A DNA stretch of 64,000 nt from Raillietiella orientalis (GCA_036172245.1 JAYWIR010000039.1:930001-994000), one strand, 5' to 3'; shown: positions 1 to 11,400, counted from the stretch's first letter. Notes: generated by a model not told the origin, from the letters alone. Numbers and translations: made by a program.

Positions 1-185
1 GGTTGGCTGGAGGGCACCAGCTCTTCATTTTTCTCACGTTTGCTTCTGGCAATGTCATGCGTCTGAGATAAACCCCTAGCATTCTCATGTCAAGAAGGAA
101 CATTCTCTATTCTCATGACTCCTTATGAGTTTTCACATGCAAAGTTTTCCTATTCTTAAGGTCTTTGAGTAAAATTAACTCGCAG

Positions 186-261
186 TTGAACTCCCGAGAT
201 GAACTCGTACACCAAACACGATGTACGAGTTCGTCTCGGCATGCGTACCTCGTTAGTTCAA
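186..261. repeat. Inverted repeat / hairpin (18-bp stem), possibly a MITE-like remnant
   Basis: CCGAGATGAACTCGTACA (194-211) pairs with TGTACGAGTTCGTCTCGG (222-239) with one G-T pair. Outer TTGAACT/AGTTCAA arms are present, and ACCT(A/C)ACC-type repeats follow at about 350-378. Confidence 0.6.
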
Positions 262-1044
262 GCAGCATCCACATAAAGAGGTTGAGGTTGCGCTATTTTT
301 TCAATTCTGAAGATGAGAATAGATTACGTGCTCGGATGGAAGCTTTCTTCTACCTCACCTAACCCAACCTGACCTCCCCTCTATCCTACTGTCAGCATTC
401 GTGCTTTCATCTCTTTAAACGACCTTCCATTCTGGAATATGGCATGAAATCACGAACACAGCATCTATCTTCATCACATCTTTGCCTTCATCCAAGGAGG
501 AATGAGATTTTCCGAAACAAGCAACAAAGGATTGGTCCATTAGAGGAAAAAACCTTTCCAGCGTCGTGAGATTATTCCAGCGTCGAGCCCGCAAGCAGTA
601 CTTAATTTCACAGAGCGCATCTGAAAGACTACACTTATGCGATGGAGAAAGATGCTTTCGATAATATGATACTGCTGGTTGTAATCAGAGACTTTTCTCT
701 TGCACTTTCTGCGTCTCTTACCCTAGGTTCAAGATGCCTGAGTATCTTCAGTGCTTCTGAATTTTGTATAATGTTCTCTCGATATACTTAACGTCATGAA
801 TAATAGCGGGAATGTGTCTCCACGAGTTTAAGACCTTCTTTACCGAGTGGGTAAACCACACTTTGAGAGGAATTGCAAACATCTGAACAATTTGCGTTGT
901 TCATAACAGGCGAATGAAAAGGAAAATTCCACGGCACTCTTCTTGGAGACACGGATGCGCGAGATTTCGAGTTTTCTTCCTATCGCTAGCTGAGAACTTC
1001 AAAACGACACTTTTAAAGGCTGCCGAATTTTCCAAAGTGTTTTG

Positions 1045-1397
1045 CCGTGCCAGAAGGCGTAACCCAGAGAACAGAGGTTACACCGTGGGTTTCGATTGCC
1101 TCTCAACAGGATGGCGTAGGTTGGCCTGGTTTCCATCTGGTTATGAAAATGGAGCCTTCCTCTTCCTCGAGGGAGAATCCTCCATCATGTAGCATGGAGT
1201 TGGTTGGTTGACCCCTCTCCAGAGTGTCAAGAAGCGCGCTGCTCTCTTCGGAGAGCAAACCCTTCAGAGAAATTGGGAAGCGTCCCTCTGGGGTTGTCTT
1301 CAGAGGGGTAACAACGAGCGGTTCCCTTGAGGGTTCTCTCCGGAGAAGAAATTCCGGAGCCGCCCCCTCCGTTGGGCCCCTACGAAGAGAATGAGGA
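1045..1397 (+). mobile_element. tRNA-headed SINE-like element, partial copy (head lost, internal deletion, 3' truncated)
   Basis: Shares CGTAACCCAGA..GTTACACCGTGGGTTTCGATT..ACAGGATG and CCTCCATC.YGTAGCATGGAG..CTCCAGAGTGTCAAGAAGCG with the copy at 49318-50050. Confidence 0.8.
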
Positions 1398-1459
1398 AAA
1401 ATGCATTAGCAAATGAAATTTGCGTGTCAGGATTGAGCGGGAAACTGAATGAATAAGAC

Positions 1460-1576
1460 ATGTTTACGGCCATCATAGGTGAAGCTGATGCCTCCTTGAC
1501 TGAGCAGTTAGGCACGCCAAAAGCTACCCACAATCTCAGGAACATTGATTTAAATTTATTACATATATTGAATGCT
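1460..1576 (+). pseudogene. Possible fragment of a bacterial LysR-family regulator N-terminus (LeuO/YbeF-like)
   Basis: Translation MFTAIIGEADASLTEQLGTPKATHNLRNIDLNLLHILNA. LRNIDLNLL after a ~25-aa extension resembles the start of the LysR HTH in LeuO/YbeF-type proteins. Similarity stops before the HTH core. Confidence 0.35.
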
Positions 1577-2889
1577 CAAAGAATCGAACCATCTGACCAT
1601 CTGGGCGAAACTTCGCCGGCAATTCATTTCAGCTGGAGATCGCATCCCGGCTGTGTTGGACGCTGGAGCCCAACATGCCCTTCTTTATTCTTTCTGCCTC
1701 CGTTCAGGGATGTCGAGTTCTCTGAACTGATCCTCCTCCGAGTCCTAGAGATCTTGCATGAATGGTATTGGAAGACTCTTGAAATTGTTCGTTTCTAGAG
1801 GTTGTTGACTGATGTTTTTGAATGGTTTCATTAATGAAAACAACTAGGGGGGCGCAACTGTCGTTTAGTGCCTGGTTACCAGAAGCTGTAGAGGCACTTT
1901 ACCACCCTCCATGCTCTTACCGAAGCCTGAAGGCGAAGAACAGAGATAATTGCCTTTTTGCCGCGCTTCTTCCAGAGTTGCTATCGATTTCTCCTTATGT
2001 TCAGGCAACCACATGAGGTGTGATGTTCTGAAGCCCTGTATCAGGAAGGAGTTTTGCCTCCCGTAGTCGGATGGTTGGAGGCCGACCGCTTCCCCTGCAT
2101 CTCATCCTTGCTTCGGATCACAAGATGGCCGTTCCTCTTGGCAGTAAGGTCGGGGTTTTGGCTCATCGATTTAGGATGTTCTCGAAGACTCTTCTCGTGC
2201 CAAGTACCTTCAGCACATGCGATGTCCACCACTTCGTGAGGACGCCGGCCAGATGAGCAGTACGTAGGAAGTGGCCGTGGATTCTTCCAAATACAGGCAA
2301 TGGCTTCACGGCTCACGGTGTTGACTAATCGTGGCACGACCTAGGTGCTTCCAGACGAGGGAATGTCATGACTCTCCGCTCTGGAGAGTGACGTACTCTA
2401 GAGAAAGATTTTCACCTTCTGTGTGAACTCCTCTTTGGCTCGCCATCTTCGAGGTCCAGTGTGCCCTGCATTCTCCTGGATGCTCGACTGTCTGCTGTCC
2501 ACGTGCTATGTCCGTCGGCCCTTGGCTTGCCCATGAACAACCGGAGCTACCTCCGCGTGAGAAGATGACCACTGCGTTCTCTTTTACGAACGCTGCACGC
2601 GGAGGGTTTCATGACGGTTTGATTCACGGATGTTAGAGGCGTGAAAATTTCCGCCCACCTTCGTCCAAGCTCATTCTTCGAAGAGTCCATCGAAGACCTG
2701 CTCGATCGAATTTTCTTGCACTCCTTTCATTTAGGAACTATTGGACTCTGCAGCTAAAAACACCTGGACGGATTTAGGGCTGCCGCCACATGCTCGAACG
2801 GCAACAGCAGCAGCAGCAGACGAGTTCTCTCGAGAGCGCCTTCGATCCGAAAGATGCCGAACGATTCATCTTGGTGGTGGTCCACGACA

Positions 2890-3512
2890 CCGTCGACACC
2901 TGCTCATGGATTGTATTGCTCTCCCTTCTCTGTGGGAACGATTCGCCGCGTCCCTGCGGATCCGCAAGGGCAACCTCAAAGACGTTTTGAAGAGCCTCTT
3001 CCTACATAACACCCTCATGCCGGCAGCATCCTCAGCAGCACTCTGCTGCCTAAGCGGGATCGCGGCTGCATGGAGCAACGCCAACGGAGGCCAGAACGAA
3101 AGGGACGCCATCTATTTTGCTGTCCTCTTCTTGAGGATAGAAACCTTCCGTCCCGCCGGAACCTGCGAATGGTGGAGGATAGCGCCAAGATGGCCCCCAT
3201 CCGGAAATCAAATAGTAGGAACTTGCCGGAATCCCGGCAAGGACACAGAGGACGCCCTCCACCAGAACGTGATATTTTCCTGATCTCACCAAAGTTTATA
3301 TATATATATATTTATTTATTTATTCATTCATTTATTTATTTATTTTTTACTTTGTTTTTATTTTTGTTTGTCTCCTACCCTCTGCTGCCAAGGCGAACCT
3401 CGCTGGCCTGAGTGCCGATTCTCGGCAGACCCCATGTACAACGTGGCTGAACCAAGCGTCTGCCACCGACATATGAAAGTTTACTTTTATTAATAGACGC
3501 TCAGGGTGTAAA
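2890..3512 (+). mobile_element. L1/Tx1-clade non-LTR retrotransposon, 5'-truncated 3' fragment
   Basis: HLLMDCIALPSLW..LKSLF..CCLSGIAAAWS..RWP matches the ORF2 C-terminus of the other copies. It is followed by a T-rich tract and the conserved CTGCC.AGGCGAACCTCGCTGGCCTG..CTCGGCAG UTR block. Confidence 0.8.
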
Positions 3513-3913
3513 GTCGCCACCGCCCATGAGGCACTTCATGATGGCCCCGTTCTCCTGCCGTGGGTGGAGCAGGGAAGCTGCACTGCCGAGTCCCTAGCGC
3601 CTTGGAGGAGCCGCCGTGCTCGTGTCAGGAATATGGGAATCCGCCGTGGACCTTTGATGAACATTCCAGACAAAAAAAAGACAGGCAGCTTGTTCTTTTA
3701 GCCCACGAGAGAGCTTTCGGTATTTATGGAGAGATCTACTTGAAAGCTGCTCACCTCGGGTCTCTGCCTTTCGCCGCAAAGCCACTCTCGAACCGGGTCT
3801 GTTTCCATACCTCTCTCTCTGAGGAGAGGCCTCTCAGCAGCGCAGCCTCGCAGTCGCTGTTGCCGGAGGACGACCCTCTAATTGGGAAGGAAGACCACGT
3901 CCTCTTCAGTGAG

Positions 3914-3990
3914 ACCTTCTTTAAGGAGATCATTGGCCGCGTCACCGGGCATCGCCTGGTGACGCGGCCGATGATCTTTTCTCCAGAGGG
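3914..3990. other. Long hairpin (27-bp stem, 3-nt loop)
   Basis: AGGAGATCATTGGCCGCGTCACCGGGC (3924-3950), loop ATC, GCCTGGTGACGCGGCCGATGATCTTTT (3954-3980). All non-Watson-Crick positions are G-T on the + strand. Confidence 0.7.
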
Positions 3991-4869
3991 CATGCATCAC
4001 GGGGAGATGCTGCGCTGCCAGCCTTTCCTGGGCGACCTTCTGTCCCGCTGGAACCCGCGAATGGTGGAGCGGCTCGTCGCGGTGCGTTTAGAAACGCCTC
4101 CGCTGCGCGAATCCGCTCCTCGGGGCGGACCTCCGCCTCCGCCCAGTGCAGCATCCTCGCCTCTCGCTCGACCTTGCGTCTCCGGGGCGGTTGGACGCGG
4201 AGCGAAGAACGCGGCTTCGCAGAGCCGAGCGCCTCGCTAGACGACCCTAGAGGCATCTTCCCCTCCGCCGCCACGCGCCCAGGGGGGAAAGATGAAGAGA
4301 GCAGCAGCTCAGCGCAGCGTCCCCGAACTGGGGCGATCTACCAGCCGTCCCAACCATCCTCCCTGCGCCATCCTCCCTGAAAATCCATCCGGCTTCCCGG
4401 GGGACTCGCACCGACGACGTTCGAACTGGATACCACCTCACGGAGAAGCGGGAAACACCATCCTGGTTGGCGTGGCAACTCGGAAGCAGCAAAGCAGAAA
4501 CTAAGAGTATCGTGTTGCTCATTTGCTTTTTATCTCGATCAGCACTCTTGCGGGTTTAGGTGACAGCGATGACGAGAATGGCGGAAAAGCTAGAGCGGCA
4601 ATCCTTGCAAATGATCATTCGCCTCGATCGTCATCATTCGCCGCTAATGACATGACTTGCCGCTGACAGGTAACGACTGCCAGTCACGGAACTGTTGCGT
4701 CTGTTGCCAACGAGTTCTCATTATTGGAGGGGGAAATTTCGCGCTATTATTGGTTCTGACAGTCGCTAACTGTTGGCTCTTTGCTCGTGCACGAGACAGG
4801 CTGCAGCCACGCCCCTCGTGGGTGTTGCCATCCAGATACGCCGAGACGTTATTCAAACTCGTCAAGAAG

Positions 4870-5680
4870 TCATAACAAAACGTGGTACAAGGCCCCACTA
4901 ACGGCCACCATTTCGCAGGACCTGCAGGGACGCCGGGACGCAGACCAGCGTGACTCTCCTCGGCAGTGGAAGGGGATGGGGAAAAAACAAAAAGAAAAAT
5001 AAAACAATAAGAGAGAAAAAAGAATTTGGAGGGCCGGGAAGGGATCACTGACCACTGGGAGGAGGGTCTATCCTTTGCAGGATGCCCTCGAGGTCCTTCT
5101 TCATTCCACCCAGCTGGGACCATCCGCTAGCTCTCTGCAGGAAGCGAGCAGCATACAGAATGGCGTCCCTCTCGTTGGCGCCATCATCTTCGACTTCACT
5201 CCAGGCTGCCACAATCCCACGGATGCAGCAAAGTGCAGCCAGGGCTGCGGCTGGCTGCAGGGCGTCTCGCACGAAGAAAAGACGATAACCGTCTCTGGGG
5301 TTGCCGCCAACCGGTATCCCAAGGGTCGTCCCGAAACATTCCCACAGGGGCCGGAGGGCAGGACAGTCAACTATCAGGTGGAAGAGAGACTCCCTCTCCC
5401 CGCACCTGGTACACTCAGGGTTTACTCTCCCCCTCGTCCAATGGAAGCGGCAGGCGCTGCAGGGTAGACCCCAATGCAACAACAGGAGCACCGACTCTTG
5501 CCATCTGAAGGGGAGGATCCTGGAACCATTCAATACCGGGGGCCACTCCAGATCATCCGTCGGGATGCCGCCGAGCAGCTCGCCCCATCGCCCCTCGTGG
5601 GTGAGAGGTCAGCGAGCGGACGGTATGCCCCATCCAGCGTGAGAGCCACCTCCGTGTTCACGGACCGGCTTCCTTCTCGC
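4870..5680 (-). mobile_element. L1/Tx1-clade retrotransposon 3' fragment with CCHC zinc-binding (zf-RVT-like) motif
   Basis: ORF 5045-5533(-) reads LPFRWQESVLLLLHWGLP..CTRCGERESLFHLIVDCPALRPLW..CCIRGIVAAWS. The family 3' UTR block is at about 4920-4970. Confidence 0.85.
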
Positions 5681-6031
5681 GAGCCATCAATCACCAGCTC
5701 TGCCGATGAGGGAAGACTGCTGCGAAGGAAGCAGATCCCGGAGCATTCAGTGAACAGAACCCACACGACCTCTGTACCAGTGCTCGCTGTTTCCATTTCT
5801 TCTGCGTTCCTCTTCGTTCTACATCTACCGTGGGCGACTCAGGGAAATGGCGCTCTCCCAACCTGCGGTCTCTGCGCGCGTGGAACCGACCGTCGCGGGT
5901 TCGAATCCTGCCAGAGGATGGATGCAGAGTAGGGGGTTGAGAACAGGGGTTGCGTCTCGGAGTTTCGATTTCCTCCCGCAGGATGGCGCTGGTTGTTGGC
6001 ATTAATTGACTCCGGTTGTGGCGGCACTGGC

Positions 6032-6380
6032 TGACACCCGGTCACGCCAGGGCATTTATTTATAAAAAATAAACGTCTGTGCAGGACGTTCGATCGTGCC
6101 ACGTCACTTATAAATAAGAAAAGGAACCTGCCGGGATCTGGCACGCAGGACAGTAGGGTGCACCTCGGCAGCACAAGGGAAGGGAAGACAAGCAAAAAGA
6201 GAAAAGCAAAACAAAAAACCGCAGTCAAAAAAGATGAAGGAAGCGATGGTGGTGTCGGGAAGGGATCTCTCTGTGTTGGAGGGCGTCCGCTGCATCCTTG
6301 TAGGGATGCTAGCTAGTTCCTGTTTTATGGTTCCCAGATGGGGCCATCTTGACTCTGTCCTCATGAAAAGGACAGCAAGG
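6032..6380 (-). mobile_element. L1/Tx1-clade short 3' fragment inserted antisense in the SINE
   Basis: LAVLFMRTESRWPHLGTIKQELASI, the UTR block, and the terminus ATAAATAAATGCCCTGGCGTGACCGGGT on the minus strand. Confidence 0.8.
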
Positions 6381-6849
6381 GTGAGACGCTGGTGGAAGCC
6401 GGAAACCGGATGCTTCCCACTGACTAGTCGGAATCGGAAGTTTGACCTTGTGAGTTCTTATCCCGAGGGATTAGGGAGGGGTTCCTTCAGGTTCCCCTCC
6501 GGTTGTGCAAATTGAGCCTTCCCCTTCCTCGAGAGAAGAATCCTCCATCGTGCAGCATGGAACTGGTGGAATGGCACCTCTACAGAGTGGGAAGAAGCGC
6601 GCTGCTCCCAGAGAGAAATCAAGAGGCGTGTTTTCCGGGGTTCCCTTCAGAGTTGTAAAACAAGTGCTTCCCGTGCGGGTCCCCTCCGGCGAAAAAATGG
6701 GGAGAGATCCTTTTTGGGGTCTCTCCGGAGGGAATAAGGAATAGGTTCCCTCTGAGATTCTCTTTCGGAGACAACCAGAATGTAGGGCTCCCCTCCCAAG
6801 CGTAAGAAAAACCGACTCCATCCTCCGGAACCTTTCTGGATTCATAAGG

Positions 6850-8494
6850 TGGGCAGGGCAACTGGACTGATCCGCTCGGGAATTTTCCAGGGTTGGGTAC
6901 TCTAAATACCTTGGTGTACCATTGGGGGACTATTCTCCGGCGGAGGCGTGATCCAGCTGCCTCCAAAAGGCAGAGTCGGCGATCGGCCCGTTCCAGGATG
7001 GCAAGTTTCTCTAGCCAGAAAGGTCGCGGCGTGGAACACGTTCGTGGCTACTCTCCTCCACCCCCTGCTTTTTGTTTTCCCTCACCGAGTAGCATTGAAA
7101 GGCGGACGCAGAACCTCCTCAGAATCGCCCTCTAGGGCACAGGGATGCCCGAGCCCGCCTGAAGGACTTCTGCGTTCCGCGTCGCGACGTAGGTCTCGGT
7201 CTCCTGATGCTGGAATGCCTGGAGAGGCAGCTTCAGTGGAGGACGCTTGCCCTAGCGGCGAACATTTGGAGCACACACTGGTGCGAGCCCTCACGACACC
7301 CGGTCAAGTGAGCCACTGGCTACGCGGAACTGTCTGCGTTCCTGGCACGGTGGCGCAGATGCAACGTGTCCAGCTGCGGACTGGAGCTCCGGCAGGTGGC
7401 CAAGCTCACGAGGATCTGCAACAGGATCTTCTGCCGACCCGTAAACGGTAGTTCCTGGTTGCAGGAAACCGCGCACACGTGGGCCATGAACAAAGAAGCG
7501 AGCCCGGAAATGCATCAGTGACTGCTGCACTCCTTCCACAACTGCTCGCTGCAGGACGTCATCGTGCAGCCCACCACTGTGCATGGGCACAAAGAACCTC
7601 CTCAACCGCGGCACTGCCCTCCCTCAGGGAGCACTTGGGCAGTACCCAGCCAGCCAAATGGGAGGTCCGATGTGAGACTGGAGGAAGAGCGAAGGAATTA
7701 GATGGTTGGAGCACAAGCCAGTCCATGGACGCTGCGAACCCAAGTGCCCCACCGAAAAGACTATTACTCTGGGGTGAGCTGCTGGGAATCTCACAGGAAG
7801 ACCTCCAATGGTCCCCAGCGCTGAAGAACAACCGGGACTTCTCCCTAGAGTGGCAGGAGTTCGGCACTTCTGCTGTTGCACTGGGGTCTCCCGTGCAACG
7901 CCGATCTCACTAGACCTAGGGGACTGTGGACCCGAATTGTTGCAGGTGCAGGAACAAGAATCCCACCCGCACCTGCTCGTAGACTGTGTTGTCCTCCAGC
8001 CCCTGTGGTTGCATTACTCAACGGTCCTTGCATCGACGGACAATCCCAGAGATGTAACGAAGCGTCTCTTCGTGCGCGACGCCCTTTTGACTGTCGCATT
8101 CCCAGCACCTCTTTGCTGCTGCCTACGTGGGATTGTGACGGCCTAGAGCTACGCGAGGGGAAGATGGCGTGATAGGGACGTCATCTGCTTCGCCCTGCAC
8201 TTCCTGCGCACGGCATCCAGATGGCTCCACCTGGAAATACTCCGAAGGAACTTGCCGGTATCCTGGAAAGGATGCAGGGGACGTCCTTTAGATCCCTAAC
8301 CCTCCCAATTTTTTTCGATACATTTTTTTGTTTTCTTTTTATTTTGTTTGCCCCCTCCGCTGCCGAGGCGAACCTCGCCAGCCTGCGTGCCGGTTACTCT
8401 GCAAGTTCCGAGTATTTTCAGACAATGTAGGGCCGATGGCCCCACACATTATGTTTATTTTTCATAATAAACGTCCCGACGTTACCGGGTATGA
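6850..8494 (+). mobile_element. L1/Tx1-clade retrotransposon, 5'-truncated (~1.65 kb), frameshifted
   Basis: KYLGVPLG (end of RT) near 6905, then AWNTFVA..LLFV, LHWGLP and C..C..ES..HLLVDC, the UTR, and AATAAACGTCCCGACGTTACCGGGT. Confidence 0.88.
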
Positions 8495-11400
8495 CTTGAC
8501 GAGTCATCGCACCCTCGGGTTTTGTGGACGGCGTTAAAGAGCTTCGTGAGTGCCCCCAGGGAGGTGAATGGTTCTTCAGCACTTGACGGACCAAAAGGAA
8601 AAAAAGCTGGGAGGAGAGCAGTGGAAGAAGAAGAGCCCAAAAGCATTCCCATTATCCAGAGCACCGTTAGCACCGCCTTTGAGACCCAGAAGGATGAGCT
8701 ACTTCCAGGCTAAAGTGAGTATTACGAGATTCCCATATTCATCGGTACCCATCAAACTGCTGCACATCAGTAGATAGCTTCTGCTGACCCCAGAGAGACA
8801 ACATTTGCTCTTGTAGACGTCACCCCAAGATGAAATGGAAATCGCAGGATGCGAATGGAACGCGTCCTCTTCAGAGGAAGCCTCCGGCAGATGCAACAGC
8901 CATGGGTTCCACCCTCTTCCTGCTCCTCACCCAGAGAACTCGAAGTAAGCAAAGGAAGCTTAGATTTCATATCTTCAGATGTCCTCGTTTTCTAAACATC
9001 GAGCTCTGAGGGTAGCGTAGGATCCTACAAGGAAATCCCAAGTGGAGTGAATTCATCTTTCATGCGTAGTGAAATCGGATGAACAGTCTGGTTGTGTTTC
9101 GGGGCTGGGGAGGCACAGGAGATCCTGAGATGGGGGACCTTGTCTCATTCCCCATCACGGAAGAGACGACGCGCATTGTCTCCCGTCTTTGCCGTCTTTT
9201 CCGACGCGCGCGGCGAGCGGCGCAAGGGCCGCTGCTCTGAGACCACTTGCGCATCTCACAAGAAGAGCCGGTTGTTCAAGAGGACACAGTGAACGGCACC
9301 GGTCAGTCTCCTTCGAAAGGCACTCCGTTGGGGTGCGGAGACAATGGCGCCGTCAAGAGTGTTCTTTTGCTTGCTAGACAGTCCTCAGACATTTCCAGAA
9401 TAAGAGCATGGTCTGGTGGACCATTAGTAGTGCCCCTTCTCGAGTCAGTGCAGGATGAGCAGTGCATTCCCAAAGTATTCTTGTTCGTTGGTATTTCGTA
9501 ATGGAAGATACGATGCCATTCCTACGAGGGTGTGTTTGGGTGGAGGACGAAGCCCAAGTCACTGGGAGAGAAAGGGAAGGATGAGGAAAAGACGAAAAGG
9601 AATTCCGGGATGCTCAAGAAGGAACTGATTGTAATCTGTAAGGAGGAAGCAAGTCGAGCTACCATCTGTTTGCGTTGGTGGATGCATGCGGTAGTTTCCC
9701 GTTGGAAGAGAGCGGTGACATCATTCACATAGACTGGCGCGGTAGGGGGTTCCCTCCAATGATCGTGGGTCTTTTCATCCGCGCACCGAGCCTTTTCGGG
9801 AACTCGGGATGAGAGGGCAGGCGCTTGGCAAAAGCAGAACACAGAGAGGAAGTCCGCGCCTCCTTCCTTCGGGTCACCCAGGAACATCGCGACCCTCAGA
9901 ACCAGGTTTCGCGTGAAGATGGGGCTGCGCCCCGTAGTCTCAGCAAAGTCGAGGATTCTCGATTCCTGAACATCATCGGGAGCGGAAGCGGAGATTCGCT
10001 GGCTGCCGAGGAGTGAGTTCCAACAGATGTCTCACAAATGAACACTGAAGAGAACCATCCCTTTAATCATGACGCTCCCCTTCACGCACTGCAGGATCCT
10101 TAGTTCCATCAGCATCGCACCGTTCCCTGGGTCACAGGAACCAAGCAAGCATCCTGAGACAAGTGCCCTCACTGATGCAGCGACTCCTTCGCCCGAGAGA
10201 TAAACTGCCAGCGATCTGCGCTTGCCTCGCCTCTCCCCTCTCTGCTGGACCTCCCCCGAAAGCTTCCAGACCCTCTCAAAGTCGTTCGAAAGGAAAGGAT
10301 AGGTCTCGGCAAGATTCTTTCTCAGCGAACAACCGAATCTTTAAGGAGGCAGCCGACTCCAGGTCCGAAATCCATTGAATCCCCTCACTCCCGCGACCGA
10401 CGAACCTGAGGGAAAAGAACTTTTAAATGATTGGAGCAAGGAGCATCCACGCTGGTGCTCTACCGGGTTGTAGAAAGTCCGAGCAGGCACAAAGAATCGG
10501 GCATGCCGCGCTGCCCCTTCTAAAGGTGAAGACGTGGAAAAGAATGGCCACGTTCCTCTTGTCGACTCGGAACATTGTCCAACTCCTACGTCCCGAGTTT
10601 CTTTGGTTAGGCCTTTCAGCAAAGTCGGGACCACGCCTGTGGGAGAAGAAGCACAACACGCAAAGAAAAGTGTTTCAACTGACCACGTGGACGGAGGGAA
10701 ACGAACGAGAAACTGGTCTTGCCGACGGAGCGTGGTCAGCAGAGTGAGATCAGAAACACAACGGACCTTGGGGAGGTGGGATCATCTAGCATAAGCATCA
10801 TGAGCACAGTGAGGACAGTTGGCTGCCTTTGGTCAGTCCATTGCAGCAATGAACCGCTAGCGTACAAGCCGACTTGCTCATCGTAAATTGCCGGAATTTA
10901 TTCCAAGAGAGGAACGAATTGATGAGAGAAACTTATGGAATACATAAGAAGAATGAGGGAGCGGCAGGCCGACAATGCTCCAGTCTCCACCCTGTCGACC
11001 CCGATGCCATCTTCGGACACTGAGCTTCTTCAGTTGCGAGGGATCCGGTCGCTCCGGATGCAGACCGCCGCCATCGGCTTCTTTCACGTGCGCTCAGCTC
11101 GCTCGTCTCCTGGCAGAGTAGGAGGAGACATCCCGTCCAGGCCACGCCGCGGCCCCGAGCCGCTCCTCGATCTCGGTCGCCGCTTTTTTTCCGGGACACA
11201 GCACGGACGATCACACTGCGCTCCAAGCGGGTGAATCTTTAATTTTATGGCTATGTCCTTTTTGATAGCCTGAAGATGGTTTTATGCAGATTGCAGAAAA
11301 GTTAGATATTTATTTTAGCTTTAGTGGTTCCAAAACTTTAAAGGTAGCTAATATATAAAAAAGGTGACATTAAAGATCAGCAGGATGCGCTTGATAAGGT

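Larger units (their letters stand above)
5865..8608 (+). mobile_element. SINE-like element split into three pieces (about 5865-6031, 6381-6850, 8495-8608) by two LINE insertions
   Basis: B-box GGTTCGAATCC near 5898. The body is collinear with 49318-50050. The 3' tail ACCCTCGGG..GTGGAC.GCGTTAAAGAGCTTCGTGAG..GGTTCTTCAGCACT resumes after the LINE end at about 8495. Confidence 0.8.

Noticed and set aside
3385..3430. HDV-like or hammerhead ribozyme in the LINE UTR (CCTCGCTGGC resembles HDV P3/L3)
   Set aside because: I could not build the nested double pseudoknot, and there is no CTGANGA/GAAA hammerhead core. Kept only as a structured UTR.
5870..5915. tRNA genes at the GTTCGAATCC sites (also about 49370 and 59960)
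   Set aside because: No full cloverleaf, and each continues into the SINE body.
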